Shown one piece after another: positions 42,274-56,140 of a stretch of 64,000 bases of DNA. This DNA comes from the human T2T-CHM13v2.0 reference genome, Homo sapiens. The notes under the pieces are model-generated. The model ran no database searches. It saw nothing but the letters and a program-made list of their open reading frames with translations, and was not told the origin of the DNA. A program made the position numbers and the translations under genes. How positions within the stretch are numbered: position 1 is the stretch's first letter; each line of letters begins with the position of its first letter. The DNA lies in the NCBI RefSeq assembly GCF_009914755.1, contig NC_060928.1; one strand, given 5' to 3'.

Positions 42274-42500
42274 TCAACCTGGGTAACATGGCAAAACCCT
42301 GTCTCCACAAAAAATACCAAAAAGTTAGCTGGAAGTGGTAGTGAGCCCTGTAGTCCTAGCTACTTGAGGAAGTGGGAGGATTGCTAGAGCCCAGGAGGTT
42401 GAGGTTGCAGTGAGCTGCGATTGTGCCACTGCACTCCAGCCTAGGTAACAGGATGAGACCCTGACTCAAAAAAAAAAAAAAAAGAAAAAGAAAAGAAAAA
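42274..42500 (+). mobile_element. 5'-truncated AluJ (part of the composite insertion 42274-42718)
   Basis: Begins mid-left-arm (CCTGGGTAACATGGCAAAACCC). GGGAGGATTGCTAGAGCCCAGGAGGTTGAGG is J-type. A-rich tail at 42468-42500. Confidence 0.9.
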
Positions 42501-42718
42501 TGTTACTGATTGTCCTATATTTTATTGGGACTCTGCAAAAGGACCAAGTTGGAGAGTGGTGCTGGAGGGACACATTGAGACAGTCAGGAAGCCGGGGTGC
42601 CATAAGCGTAAAAGAAAGAGCAGGGTCCAAATCTTGGGCTATAGAAAAACAAGTTTGAAAAATAAAATCATCTCCAGGGGACTGGACTGCCAAAAAAAAA
42701 AAAAAAAAAAAAGATAAG
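42274..42718 (+). pseudogene. Candidate 5'-truncated retrocopy of a polyadenylated transcript 3' end (Alu, unique sequence, poly(A)); source unknown
   Basis: AATAAA at 42661-42666, A21 at 42692-42712, and TSD AAAAGAAATCAAG at 42261-42273 and 42719-42731. Confidence 0.7.
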
Positions 42719-43695
42719 AAAAGAAATCAAGGATATATTATCAGGAAACTGAGCAATTCAGTGACAAGTCACTGTCCTTTGCTAAATTTTTAGACTTGAA
42801 TTACTCCCCTGACCTAGAATCCTTTGGACTGAGGAAGAAATCAAGCCATTCTGAGGAAGGATCTGCAATATCATGGCAAGTACATTGATTAAGTCATTGT
42901 CTTTTTCTTTCCACTAAGTGGCCTATGGAAATTTACTCAAGTAACCATACATTGGGGAAAAATATAGAATATACTTAGGTCTTTCAGTAATTACTTGGTG
43001 CAGATATTTATTTCACATTTTTACCTAGGACTCATAGTGCCATTTTAATCTCTCACTAAACGAATATTTCTCACATAAAAATATGAGAGCTTGGTATTTA
43101 ATGGAGCCCAGGGCCAATGCCAGTTCCCAGTGAGTTCACTGGATCTACAGACACACCTTGTCAGTCTTCAGTCATGTTTGTCCTCAGTCATATCTGTCCT
43201 CATTGCTATACATATAGTCAAAATTAGTATACTTAGTAGTACTTATTAGGGTCTTAAATTAGTTTCTTGGCCTTTAAGAGCTATTATAGGAGAGAAAGCC
43301 CCATTCAAGCTCCCTATCACCACTGTTACCCCACAACCCAAGATAGTAAATCAAAAACACTATCTCAACTCAGGGAAAATGGCAAATATTAAGTGTCATC
43401 CTCAGAGACTTAAGGATTCTAGTAATGGTGGCCCTTGTTTTCATTTACCAATCTAGCTCCTAAAAACTAAACGAATCATGGCATGTGACATGGACTACTT
43501 CAAATTTAAACAAACAGTAGCCTTAATTACAGTTGCATTATGTGCAGTGGTATCTTTCTCAAACTAGTTTAACACAGTCTTTGACACATGGTATGTTGAA
43601 ATTGATCTTACAGGTGCAATATCTTTCATTCTTATTGGGACAAGGGCAAATAATAAATTCCCATTTATACCTAACGAACAATAGAATGAATTTAA

Positions 43696-44278
<583 letters not shown>

Positions 44279-45482
44279 AATAATTGCATCTCTTATATCT
44301 CACTTCTAAAAAAGGAAGTTTAAAGGGCCCATATTGAGTTCTAGAGGCACCTTATTCCATACTTGGGAATTATTCTCTGCCCTATTTTCTGGATGAACTG
44401 CAAGACTGTCAGCTTTGAGTGGGGCCCAGAGAAACAAAGGTTTTTGCAACAGGTCCAGGCTTCAGTGCAAGTAGGTTTGACTTTTGGGTTTTACTACCTG
44501 TCAAATCTTATGATACCAAACCTAACTAGTAGCAAAAGATGTCCCAATAAGAGAATCTCAATTTTATGGGTATGTGTGAATTTATAACACAAAATGTGTT
44601 GATTGAAATACTAAATTTATCTAAAATTAAACTTTTCACATAGGTCTGTATCAGTCATAGAGACAAGTATTTCAAAGTAGTTGCATTTTATCTCAACCAT
44701 CCTTGATTTCTGCATGATTTTGCTTCATGTATTTAGCTGTCCTGTTATTTGGTGCAAACGAATGTATAATTATTATTTACTTTTCTTTATAAATTATGCT
44801 TTCGAGTGTGTGTATTAAAGACAAAATAAAGAGGGTAATATAGAAGGGTTATTTTAAGAAGGAAGCTACTTTTAATTCACCATGTTACCAAAATCAGTCA
44901 TTTGTGGAATCAATAATTATTCCATAGAAATGTAAATGTTACAGAAAACTTTTTTTAAAGTTTTTGTGTTTTTCTCTTATGCTAACTTATGTTTTAATTC
45001 TTCAACTTTACTTCGTTCATCTGTTCAACCTCAAGACTCTGATATAGTTTATGTTTATAACCATGAAATATGCAAAATTATATGTAATTATAAATTTATA
45101 TTTCCAAATCAATTTTGAAAACTAGGACAAAATTTTTCCAGAAGGAATTTTCAGATAATTAAAGCATTAAAGACTCATATTTTAATATTTGCCAAAAAGA
45201 TGACAGGTCTAAACATATGCATAATATTCTAATATGTGCTGATACCTTTTCTCTTAGTTTCCCAATATTTTTTGTGGTTTGTATATGTATGTTCAGTAAA
45301 ATTTGAAAATAAAACCCCATCTCTGTCTCTTTCCACTTTCCTCTTATTTTAGTGTGGGGTAAATTTATATGAGTTTGAATGTATGTATGCATTTAAGATA
45401 AAATATAATTTGATTAAATAATTCTTAAAGTTTGATTTATGACATAAATATCATTCATTTGTAAGTATTGGAATTAACAGAA

Positions 45483-45808
45483 TGTATTAGTCCATTCTCA
45501 CGCTGCTATAAAGAAATACCCAAGAATAGGTAATTTATAAAGAAAAAGGCTTAATTGACTTACAGTTCTGCATGGCTAGGGAGGCCTCAGGAAACTTACA
45601 ATCATGGAGGAAGTCACCTCTTCACAGGGCAGCAGCCAGACACTTACAAATCCATCACATCTCCTGAGACTCGCTCATTATCACAAGAAGAGCATGAGAG
45701 AAACTGCCCCCATGATTCATTACCTCCACCTGGTCCCACACTTGACATGTGGGGATTGTTATAATTCAAGGTAAGAGTTGGGTGGAGACACAGAGCCAAA
45801 CCATATCA
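45483..45808 (-). mobile_element. THE1 (THE1C/D-like) solo LTR with a small internal deletion
   Basis: TGTATTAGTCCATTCTCACGCTGCTATAAAG...GAGGCCTCAGGAAACTTACAATCATGG...CACAGAGCCAAACCATATCA. Confidence 0.9.
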
Positions 45809-45974
45809 TAAAGTTTATTTACTTTTACCACAACAACATTAGAAAAGAACCTACTTATTACCATTAGCAAGCATTAGCAAGACATCCATTATACTTACAA
45901 TTGAGTCAGATAAGTAGTAAGTTATGTTGGGTAAATGAGTAGAGTATTCTCGATTTGTATCCTCAGTATAGTAC

Positions 45975-46258
45975 TATATATATATATATTTTGAGATGGA
46001 ATCTCACTCTGTCGTCCAGGCTGGAGTGCGGTGGCACAATCTAGGCTCACTGCAATCTCTGCCTCCCAGGTTTAAGTGATCCTCTCACCTCAGCCTCCCT
46101 AGTAGTTGAGATTACAGGTGTGCCCCACCATAGCTGGCTAATTTTTGTATTTTTAGTAGAGATGAGGTTTCACCATGTTGGCCATGCAGGTCTTGAACTC
46201 CTGACCTCAAGTGATCTGCCCACTTGGGATTACAGGTGTGATAAATCACACCCAGCCC
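45975..46258 (-). mobile_element. Alu (AluS-type) with (TA)n tail
   Basis: Reverse Alu dimer with a short deletion near its 5' end (CCCACTTGGGATTACA). Confidence 0.92.
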
Positions 46259-47691
46259 TGAATTTTTTATTATAAGATAATATGAGCTAATTGAAAAAGC
46301 AAAAAGTACAAAGTATGGGAAATATACCAAGTATTAAAATTAGAATATATAAATCATCTTAATAAATATTTCGTATAATAGGTTTACTTCATGTCTGTGT
46401 GTATATGTCTCTTTATATTTTCTAAAAATTTGGATTCTACATTATCTAGTGCTTTGCTTCCTTTCTTAAGCATTGATCATAAGCATCCTCTCATGTCTTT
46501 AAACATTATTTGAAAATATAATTAAAACCAGTCAAGTAATACTTATTTACACCTTGTTTGAAAATACTTAAACTGTTTTTATAATTGTATTTATGTCATC
46601 TACTTAGACATCATAAAATTCTACTTAGAACTCTCTATATAACTTTTATAGCTATATACTTCAACGTCTAACTCTTTTCATGCGATAAATTCTTAAGTGA
46701 GATAAATGGGCAAAAGATGAATTACATATAGATGCCTTTGACCACATTACAGAAACCTGCTACAAACATCCTAGAAGATAATACAATTAATTATATCACA
46801 AGAGAGAACATTCAGAATTATGTAGGCTTCAGATATAATACCATCAAAATTTCACCTCTGCTTCTCAGTACTATGTGGCCTCTGCTTTTCACCATGCTGG
46901 TCTATGACACATTGCTTATCTCATGGCTTTAAGAATGTTGCCAGCAACAAATAAGACAATGTGATTTCCTGGTCATGCCCCAGAGAAGAGAGATCTTAAT
47001 CTCAATTCATTTGAGCTAAGACATATTTTCACTTCTGGACCAATAACATTTACCAGAATGAAGGCATGGAAATTATTGATGACCACAGAAACATAAAAGG
47101 AATAGAGTCATAATCCTAGGTTTTGCCATGAAGATTCCTCTGCATAGGGCACCCTTTTCTAAGGCTGACATATTTGACCTCCTTTGCATTATTCAGGTAT
47201 GGACTCATTTGTTTTCCCATTAAAATATTTTCTAAATTCCCTGTCTAAAATTTCTAGTTTAGGTGTCTCATCACAGCAAACATTTCATGTTATATTGATT
47301 TCATAAGACTTCTTATTATCTAAACTTACATTATTAATTATTGTATGTACATATTTATTGTCTATTTTCTTTGTAAGAATGAGAGTGCCATGTTTATGCC
47401 ACCCCTACCCCCACCAGAATCTAAGTAGTGTAAACATCTCGGCCTTATTACTGAATTATCTGCATCTGACACATAGAAGAGATTCAAAAAATATTTTCAG
47501 AAAGAAAAATTTTAAAATAAGACAAAAAGAACGTGGAGAAGGATGGAAGTGAGGGAGGAAACGAGGGAAGGAGGGTGGAAGGAAGGAAAAAGAGAGAAAA
47601 AGTAAGGAAGGTGAATGTATAAATAAATTTTAGATGATGCATCAAGACAATGCCAATGTCTAACTCTCCTGTAAATGGCCATATTGGTACT

Positions 47692-50454
47692 TATAATAGT
47701 TATCTACTGCTGTATAACAAATTGCCCCATACTAATCAACTGCTGGAAATAAACATTTATTATCTCAAACAGTTTCTGAAGGTCCGGAATGTTGGGTCAA
47801 CTTAACTGGGTGTTTCTAGCCTAAGAACTCTCATGAGGTAGCAGTCAAGCTGTCAGTGGAGACTGCAGTCATCTAGAGAATTGACTGGAGCTTAATGAAC
47901 TGCTCCCAAGCTTACTAACATGGTTGTTGATAAAAGGGTTCAGCTCCTGACCACATGGACTTATCATAGGGCTGCTCATAATATGACAAATGGATTCCCC
48001 AAAAATTGTATTCCAAAAAGAGAAGGAGTAAGGCAGAAGCCAAAATGACTTTTATATCCCAATTTCAGAATTGGCATACCATCATATCTGCAATATTTTA
48101 CCACGCACACAGACAAACCATGGGACAATGTAATACAGGAATACACAAGGAATCACTGGGAAGTATGTTGGAGGCTAGATAACACAATTCACTCTCTGCC
48201 CCTCAGTGATTCATTCCAGTCAACCTTTCCAAAGTCCCATAGTAGACAAATACCCTAAGAATAACAGCTCGGTGTCTAGAATCTTACCATTTAAAACAGG
48301 GTCTGGAGGCAGATATGGCTCCTTTGATGTAGTCGCTCAAATACGGCTTCTTAGGTGCAGTCCCTCTGAATCTGTAGCGATATAAACTACGGAGACAAAA
48401 CACACACACAAATACGCATACACCAAGTGTAGAAAAATAAGCCTAGGATCATCACCAGGAATGTTCTTATTCAAAAAGGGGAAAACAGGAGGCACAAAAG
48501 AATCATTCCTCCATTTGAAGTCCAGCCAGGCAAATATTGGATATTCATTGATTAGAACTCAGTTCTCTGGCCCAGGAGTTATTCTCCAAGACTCTTATTC
48601 AGCTGTTTGAGTCATCCTTACTGTTTGTTTGCTTTTTAAATCAAAAACAGCACATGTGTATAGTTGAGTAGTATTCTCACCTGCAGGTAGAATTTTACAA
48701 CAGCCTCTTTTCTTTTCTTTTCTTTCTTTTTTTTTTCAGAGTCTCACTCTTGTCACCCAGGCTGGAGTGCAATGTCACACTCTAGGCTCACTGCAACCTC
48801 TGCCTCCTGGGTTCAAGTAATTCTCTTGCCTCAGCCTCCCAAGTAGCTGGGGTTACAGTCGTGTGCCACCACACCTGACACATTTTTTGTACTTGTAGTA
48901 GAGACAGGGTTTCCCCATGTTGCCCGGGTTGGTCTTGAACTCCTGAGCTCAGGTGATCCACCTGCCTTGGCCTCCCAAAATGCTAGCATAACATGCGTGA
49001 GCCACCGTGCCCGGCCCCTCTTCCTTTTGAACTCTGTCTGTGCCATTCAGCCCTAGCTGCTCATGCTTCTGTTGACATAATTATTTTAGAATCTTTGTAG
49101 TTATTCTGATAATCTTACTGGTGTTCACTCCATTAGACAAATCCACATCCACAAATCTCTACTTTTGGTGTCTTATGACACAGCTGGGGGACAGCAGCCC
49201 TCAGAATCTTAAATGCTCTATTGTTTAACTGAAAGATATCTAGCATATCTTAAACTCCTTAAAATGGCTTTTGTCTATCTCAATGCTCTGAAAAACTGTC
49301 TTTGGTCTTTTGAGATTTTAACAAAGGAATTTACAGTCACGTTTTTATCTCATCTTTAGATCACGCTTTCCAATCACTTTCCAAAGAGTGTCCTGGATTT
49401 CATGCTTGCTTGGAAACAGTTTGTTATTTTCATTTTCATTATGGCATCGTTTGACATTTGTAGAGTCTAAGAATTTTCAACACCATCAAGTCCTGGCTTC
49501 TTTTTGCTTAACAATTCATCCGTCAATTTATCTTTCTCATCTAACTTTTTTCTCGAAGCAGTAAGAAAAACCCACGCAACACCTTCCTGCAAAGCACCTC
49601 CACAGTGAATGCCTTTGCTTGAAAAATTCCTTTAATTAAATCACTCTGTTCATTAGGCACATTTTCTACTATACTCATTCTCGCAAGCAAGAATGCTGCT
49701 AACCTTTGTATCACACTACATAACAATGATTCCCCTTTAGTTTTTTCAGAAGATCTTATTTTCCTAAAAGTCCTCAATTGACTGCAATAACAAAGATTAT
49801 GAGGCTTCTGGTTAAAATTTTTAAAGATAGTTTCAGCTCTGAGTTACACTGTCCTCATACCTACTACCACGCTCCAAAGACATACCCATTTTACTTTTAT
49901 TTAGCACAGCAGCCCACTCTTGGTACAAAAATTACATTAATTTTCTATTTCTGAATTTAAAAATTGCTTCAAAACATAGTGGCATAAAACAACAGACATA
50001 TTTTTTCACAGCTGATGTGGGTTAGGAATCTGGGCTCAGCTTCACTGAATACCTTCAGTTCAAGGCCGGTCACGAGGAAGCACTCAACATTTTGGCTCAG
50101 ACTATAGTCCCATCTGAAGGACTAACTGAGAAGGTTTATTTCTAAATTTACCCATGCAGTTGTTTCCTGACCTGGTCACTTGCTATATGGACCTCTCCAC
50201 AGGGCTAACTCACAGTTAGGAACTTGGATTCTCCTACGGTGAATGATTTAAGACCAAATGAGAACACTCAGAACAAAAGCCACAATATTTTGATAAACTG
50301 ATCCCAGAAATTACATTCTATCGCTTATACTCTATAATCTTCATTAGAGGTGGGTCAATAAGGCCAAATCACATTTAATAGAAGATATTACATCCAGGCC
50401 TAAAAATCAGGAAGTGGGGATTACTAGGGACCATCTTAGTGGTCGTCTACCACA
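47692..50454 (-). mobile_element. MLT1 (MLT1F-like) MaLR provirus: LTR 47692-48186, internal 48187-49932, LTR 49933-50454
   Basis: Two co-oriented, mutually diverged MLT1-type LTRs of about 500 bp, ending ...GGAGGCTAGATAACACA and ...GTCGTCTACCACA. CCCACTCTTGGTACAAAA abuts the second LTR; this is the reverse of the PBS-like start of MaLR/ERVL internals. Confidence 0.75.
48715..49017 (-). mobile_element. Alu (AluS-type) within MLT1 internal region
   Basis: Reverse Alu with a (TTTTC)n tail; similar flanks CCTCTTTTCTTTT and CCTCTTCCTTTT. Confidence 0.93.
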
Positions 50455-50605
50455 GAACATATCCAGTTGAAACATGGTCCAGAAGAAGGCACAAGCAAGA
50501 CATTCACAGTCCGTTAAGAGTCTTCTGGGACAAAGGTGTAAAAATGAGAAGTTGGATCTTTGAGGTGGAGGTTGGAGCAAAAGAGATTCTTTTTTCCTGT
50601 TTATC

Positions 50606-50998
50606 TACATATGTGAATATATAATATATATATCTATATATATATTTACCTACATATGTATATATATTTTTATGTGCATATATATATTTTGTGTGTGTGT
50701 GTGTGTGCTTGTGTGTGAGACAGAGTTGTGCTCTGTCTCCTAGGCTGAAATGCAGTGGCACGATCTCAGCTCACTGCAACCTCTGCCTCCTGGGTTCAAG
50801 CAATTCTTATGCCTCAGCTTCCTGAGTAGCTTGGATTACAAGTGTGCACCACCACATTCACTAATTTTTGTAGTTTTAGTAGAGATAGGGTTTGACTATA
50901 TTGACCAGGCTGGTCTGTAACTCCTGGCCTCAAGTGACCTGCCCGTCTGGGCCTCCCAATGTGTTGGGATTACAGGCGTGAGCCACTGCCCCCGGTCC
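50606..50998 (-). mobile_element. Alu (AluS-type) whose tail region is a (TA)n/(TG)n microsatellite
   Basis: Alu body about 50716-50998; simple repeats at 50606-50716. Confidence 0.92.
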
Positions 50999-52067
50999 AT
51001 ATATTAATGTGATTTTTTAGAGTTTATTCTTTGATTTAAATTTCTGTTGTGGTAGTGTCTTTATCTATGTAAAAAATTTAAGTAAGCTAGGGATAATTCC
51101 TGAAGATAGCTATGAAAGCAATCCAAAATATCCTGAGAAGTCAAATATAAATGTAGTCTTTACAATTCATGGATGTGTTAACACCTAAGAATCCAACTTC
51201 TATTGTAACTATCATTTATTTTAACACCAGTAATGTATGCTTCTACTGCATATTCAGTATGACAATTCCAAAGTTAGTGTCTTTATGATTTATTCTCTAA
51301 GACATTGAACGTACAATTTAGAAAGTACACCTCTCACTTTTTGAATTCTATCATATCTATTTTTTGGTTTTACAGCATGACCTCTATCATCCCCCACTTC
51401 TCTATGTTGATCCCTCAGCCTGGAACTCTCTATACACATCGATTTCTCATCTCCATGCCTTCCCTCCACCAAGCTTTATATGCATAAACTTACTAGTCTA
51501 ATTTCTGTTCACCATTTAGTCTTTATCTTAAACTTTATTACCCCCAGATTCTAATGTGTGGGAACATAAAAGAGACCTACAAAAGGCTTCTCTAGGTACT
51601 ACTCAAAAGGCTTCGAATTCTATTTTTTTAATTAGTTTATAAAGACATATTAGTTAACTCTTTAGGATGTATTATGACCCTCGAGGGCTTGATTGCTTTT
51701 TGTTTTGTTATAATATTCCATTTTCTACTCTCAACTTCTATTTCCTCTAATCATCAAATGTGATCACTCTTTATCTTCTATTTGTGATGTTAGAAATACA
51801 GAAATGCCATGTTTGCCTTATTCCAGTATTCTTTGAATCACATTGTTTGGGCAAAGTGTGAGCAAACAAGAATTCACTGTTAATTAACATTCGAACAATC
51901 TAGTCATTTAAATATTTGCATGTGCTGAAAATTGTCAAATCTCTGCATAAATGAAATGCAATGGCATTTCAGAACAATGAAGGAAAAAACTAAAATTTTC
52001 AGTTAGATATAAATCCAGACTCAAAAGTGGTATCTACTGATGAAACTACTAAACTTTCCAGGCCAAT

Positions 52068-52352
52068 CTTTTTTTTTTTTTTTTGAGATAAGATCTTGCT
52101 TTGCAGCTCAGGCTACAGTGCAGCTGCGTGATAACAGCTCACTGCAGCCCAAACTCCTGGGCTCAAGTGATCCTCTGAGTAGCTGGGACTACAGGCATAT
52201 GTCACCATGCTCAGCTAATTTTTAAATCTTTTGTAGAGATGAGGCCTTACTATATTGCCCAGGCTGGTCTTAAACTCCTGGGTTCAAACGATCCTCCCAT
52301 CTCGGCCTCCCAGAGTTCTGAGATTACAGGCATGAGCCACCACACCTGGCCT
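52068..52352 (-). mobile_element. Alu (AluJ-type)
   Basis: T-tail, CAGCTCACTGCAGCC..CTCCTGGGCTCAAGTGATCCTC, and TTGCCCAGGCTGGTCTTAAACTCCTGGG. Confidence 0.92.
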
Positions 52353-55300
52353 CAGATGTTATTTCTAATAACATACAATAAGGATACAGTAAAAGCATAC
52401 CTAAATATTAACATTTCTTATCTAACTATAAGAATTTAAGTATAATGACCAGGTAGATATGTTTTTCTTTTTTTATTTTTTTTATTTTTTAGGGTACGTG
52501 TTTCTTTTAGAAGTGAACCTGAGCAGGAAAACTTTTTCAGTGTTTTATTTATATTGTAACAATACCTAAAAAGTGGAAATTCCTTATCATGAAAGTTATT
52601 ATTAATCCTGAATACAAAGAATAAAATGTGAAAATGTGATGTTTCCCACAAAAATTGATGATCATTTGTCTAATTGTGAGAATGGATGACTTGCTTAGAA
52701 TAAATGAAGCAAATAAATGCAACTGACAAGTGTATATGTTTCCCCAGTGTGCTCATGAATACCTTTGAAAGCGAATTAATTTGCTCACCATTGAATATGT
52801 CCTTTTGCCCATATGCATTGTTAGAAAATATGAAAACTACTGTGATTATAGTTTTCATATTTTCTATACTGGAATTAGTCATTACAAACAGTAGTTCTTT
52901 TCCTGAATATCAAAATATATGTAAAATATATATTGAACTAATTAGGTATTCTGGCCATTGAAGTAGAATGCTTGCAAGTCAGAGTCAACATAGGTTAACA
53001 AATGAAGAATTCAGTTACAAAGAATGTAGAAATGAAACAATTTAAGGAGTAAAGCAAAATATTACATTCCCTAAAGTTTCATACTTTGTGAGTTCTAGGA
53101 TGAGGGCAGGGAAAAAGAGACAGGGAAGGGTTTGAGTTTTTGAAAATGCCAACAACCTCCGGGAATAAGTTAAAAACCGTATTTTTTTCAAATGTCTAAT
53201 ATATGCATATGCCGTGTAATTATGAACATATGTAGAAATGGTCATATGCTACTTTTCAGTAAGCTGGAATTTATTAAACTAATGATAACCAGTTTTTGTG
53301 TTGTTTTTTAAAGAGCATAAATTTTTGCCCATATTAAATTCTAAAATATCTCTAATAATAACTTGTAACACCATTGAGTCTGGGAAAGCAGATCAAAATA
53401 AATATTCACATAGTGATAAACATGAGAGTTTTAAAAAATTTATATTTAAAGCCTCTAATACAATATATTGACTTCTATTTGTCAAGACCTGATAATTATT
53501 AAGGAAGTCAAAAATGATAGAACAAGACTAATGGAAACAGCAAAAATATAACTATTGGGATGATGCAAGCACTATCAAATTTAAGTAGTCAGCACATCAC
53601 GTAACTCTTTGGAAGAATACTATAAAGCAATGATTCAGCACTATGACATCAATTAAAACTAGAGTCTGACAGAAAAAGCACTTTCTCCAGCTGTGTAGGC
53701 CCTGTCAGAATGTCAGAGTGTGCACAGAGGTAGCCACATAGACAGTGCTTCAAATGTTTATAAGATAGCAAAACTATGAGTAATAAAATCTGACATGAAA
53801 TGTAGCAAAAAGATTTCACTGATTTCAAATCCTTAGTTTTGCCTCTACCTCTTTATTGACTTTTACATTTATAATGCAAATGTTTATTTTTACCGAAAAA
53901 TTTAAACTGGTATTTAAACAAAATTTAAAAATAGTACTTTTTTGATGATAAAAATACTATATCTTTCTTCTGTATCGCTTTTCCAAATATTTTCTTTCTA
54001 TAATTAGTTTGCTGTTTAAAAAATCCTATAATTTAATTTGCATATTTATAATTATTTCATGTGAATATATTATTCGGTAACCACATATAAGTTATAAAAC
54101 TATTAAATTTATGTTAACTCTTTTTTTCTGAGTGAATTTTTCAAGAATAACTTGACTCCTCCTTTCTTATAAAATTTTAGGTTAAAAAGTCTGCAATATT
54201 TTGAGAATGCAATCAAATTTATAACTGTCTATCCTTACACTTAAACTTTACACTGGTAATTCATATATAAAAGCAAGAGAAAGTAATATACGTTAAATAT
54301 TTAAAATTAATTCTGTGATAGCAGTGAACATATAACCCATAAACAAATGTAATTTTCATCACTTGGTAAATAATCAGACTACTAATTTGCCTCTATAGTA
54401 AACTCTAGATGTAGAAACTGCTGATCATGTAGCAATCTGTTGATGATTTTATTGTGGAACTACATTCAGAGCAAATAAAAGAAACTGAGATTGGAGAGAG
54501 CTCATTATGTTAATTAGGATGACGTGAGAAGAAATCATTGAGGCAGAAAAGCCAAAGATTAAATAGAAGCTACTCTGAGTTTCTTAAATCTCACAATGCT
54601 CTCTGTGACACATATGACAGTGTCCTGCTTGTGATTAGGTAAAAGAAGCTTAATTTAACGAATGAGGAGACATTTTTGGATAAACCATGAAATATACCAT
54701 ATGTTAACCAAATTTTTCCTATTTCTTTTATATTCACCACAACACTTTATTTAAACATGCTCTTGGCTTGGAAAGTATACATTTCTAGTTAGTTGCCAAT
54801 GTTGTGCTTTGTTAGAGTGAAAGTTTTTGCAACGTGATGTGTGTCATGGAAAATTGACACAAACCAAGTGCATAAACATGGATGAATGACCATTGATCTA
54901 TAAATTGGTCTTCTGTCTTCATTAAAAACCAGAAAAATGAAAAATTATTAAACATTTTATTTATTCTGATATATCAGGATTTCTAGGATGGTAGAATTAT
55001 GTAATCCGATATAAACAATACAAGTTTTTTGATTAACTAAAAAATGGTCGTGGAGTTCTCTGACAAGTAGAGAAAGCCATTTTTCAGAGTGAAGTCTGGT
55101 ACTGGGAAAAAGTTTGAACTAAAAAAAAAATTATAAGAAATGCTGAAGACTAATAAGGCACAAAATGCATTTAGGGCATTTAGGGTGATCTATGTGTGTG
55201 TTAATTCCATTTTAATTCATTCAAGTGATGAATGTATGAATAGTCTGATATTAAATAAGAAATTTAATTAAATTTTGCCCAAATTTTGAGTTGAACTTGT

Positions 55301-55699
55301 ACTTATTTGCAGTTTAGGAAGATATTTTAAGAAATCTTCAACTTTTTAACTCTCCTATTCTCCAATGATACAGCAGACGCTCTAAATTATCTAACAGTCA
55401 TCATTACCTCGTCCCCATTTCCCTGTTTACAGAAACTCAGTGTTGCTCAGGTGTCAGGCACAGATGAGTTCAGAAAAGATGAAATTTTCCTCATCCTCAA
55501 GAGAAATAATAATTATAGTATAAACAAATTATTACAAAACCACACTCTTTGCTAGTGATTTGAGAAAGTTGAACATTTCATCCAACTCTAGGTATTTTGA
55601 TGCAGTCAAAAGCCTGCTGGAGGGCAGGTGTTTTGGGGATTTATGTGACCAAGATCACATAAAGAAATATTTTATGAGCTTATTCACTTAGGTATGTTA

Positions 55700-56140
55700 T
55701 CTCTACCACTTATGGGGTTCAACCTCTTATTTCTTACTTCCTCTACTGCAGTTGCAGTATAAGTGGTTTCCCAGTACCTTTCTCATCCCACTCACATTCA
55801 TCTTCTTCACAGTTGGCAGAGTAAGATATTAAAAATATAATTCTGATCATGTAAATCCTCTGCTTAAATTCACTCAGTCACTTCCCAGTGGTCTACAAGA
55901 CCCACACTTCATTATTCTTCAGGAACTTCTCTTCTACTCTATCTTTTTATTGTTTCTCAAAAATGATTCAAATGCCCATTTTCCATTGCACTTTCCATAG
56001 CAAACTATAAATGTCAGTGTATGTGACTTCAGGAGAATGAGCTTTTTGCTTTGGCAATTTATTTATTTATTTTTTGCCCAGTACACAGGACAGCATAGTT
56101 AACATAAAAGAATATCATAAATATTTTCTGAATTATAAAA
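55700..56140 (+). mobile_element. L2 relic
   Basis: TTCTTCACAGTTGGCAGAGT...TCTGATCATGT..CCTCTGCTTAAA...AAATATTTTCTGAATT. Confidence 0.6.

Noticed and set aside
53664-53708. TCTGACAG...CTGTCAGA inverted repeat as a possible pre-miRNA
   Set aside because: Only an 8-bp stem with a large loop; expected by chance.
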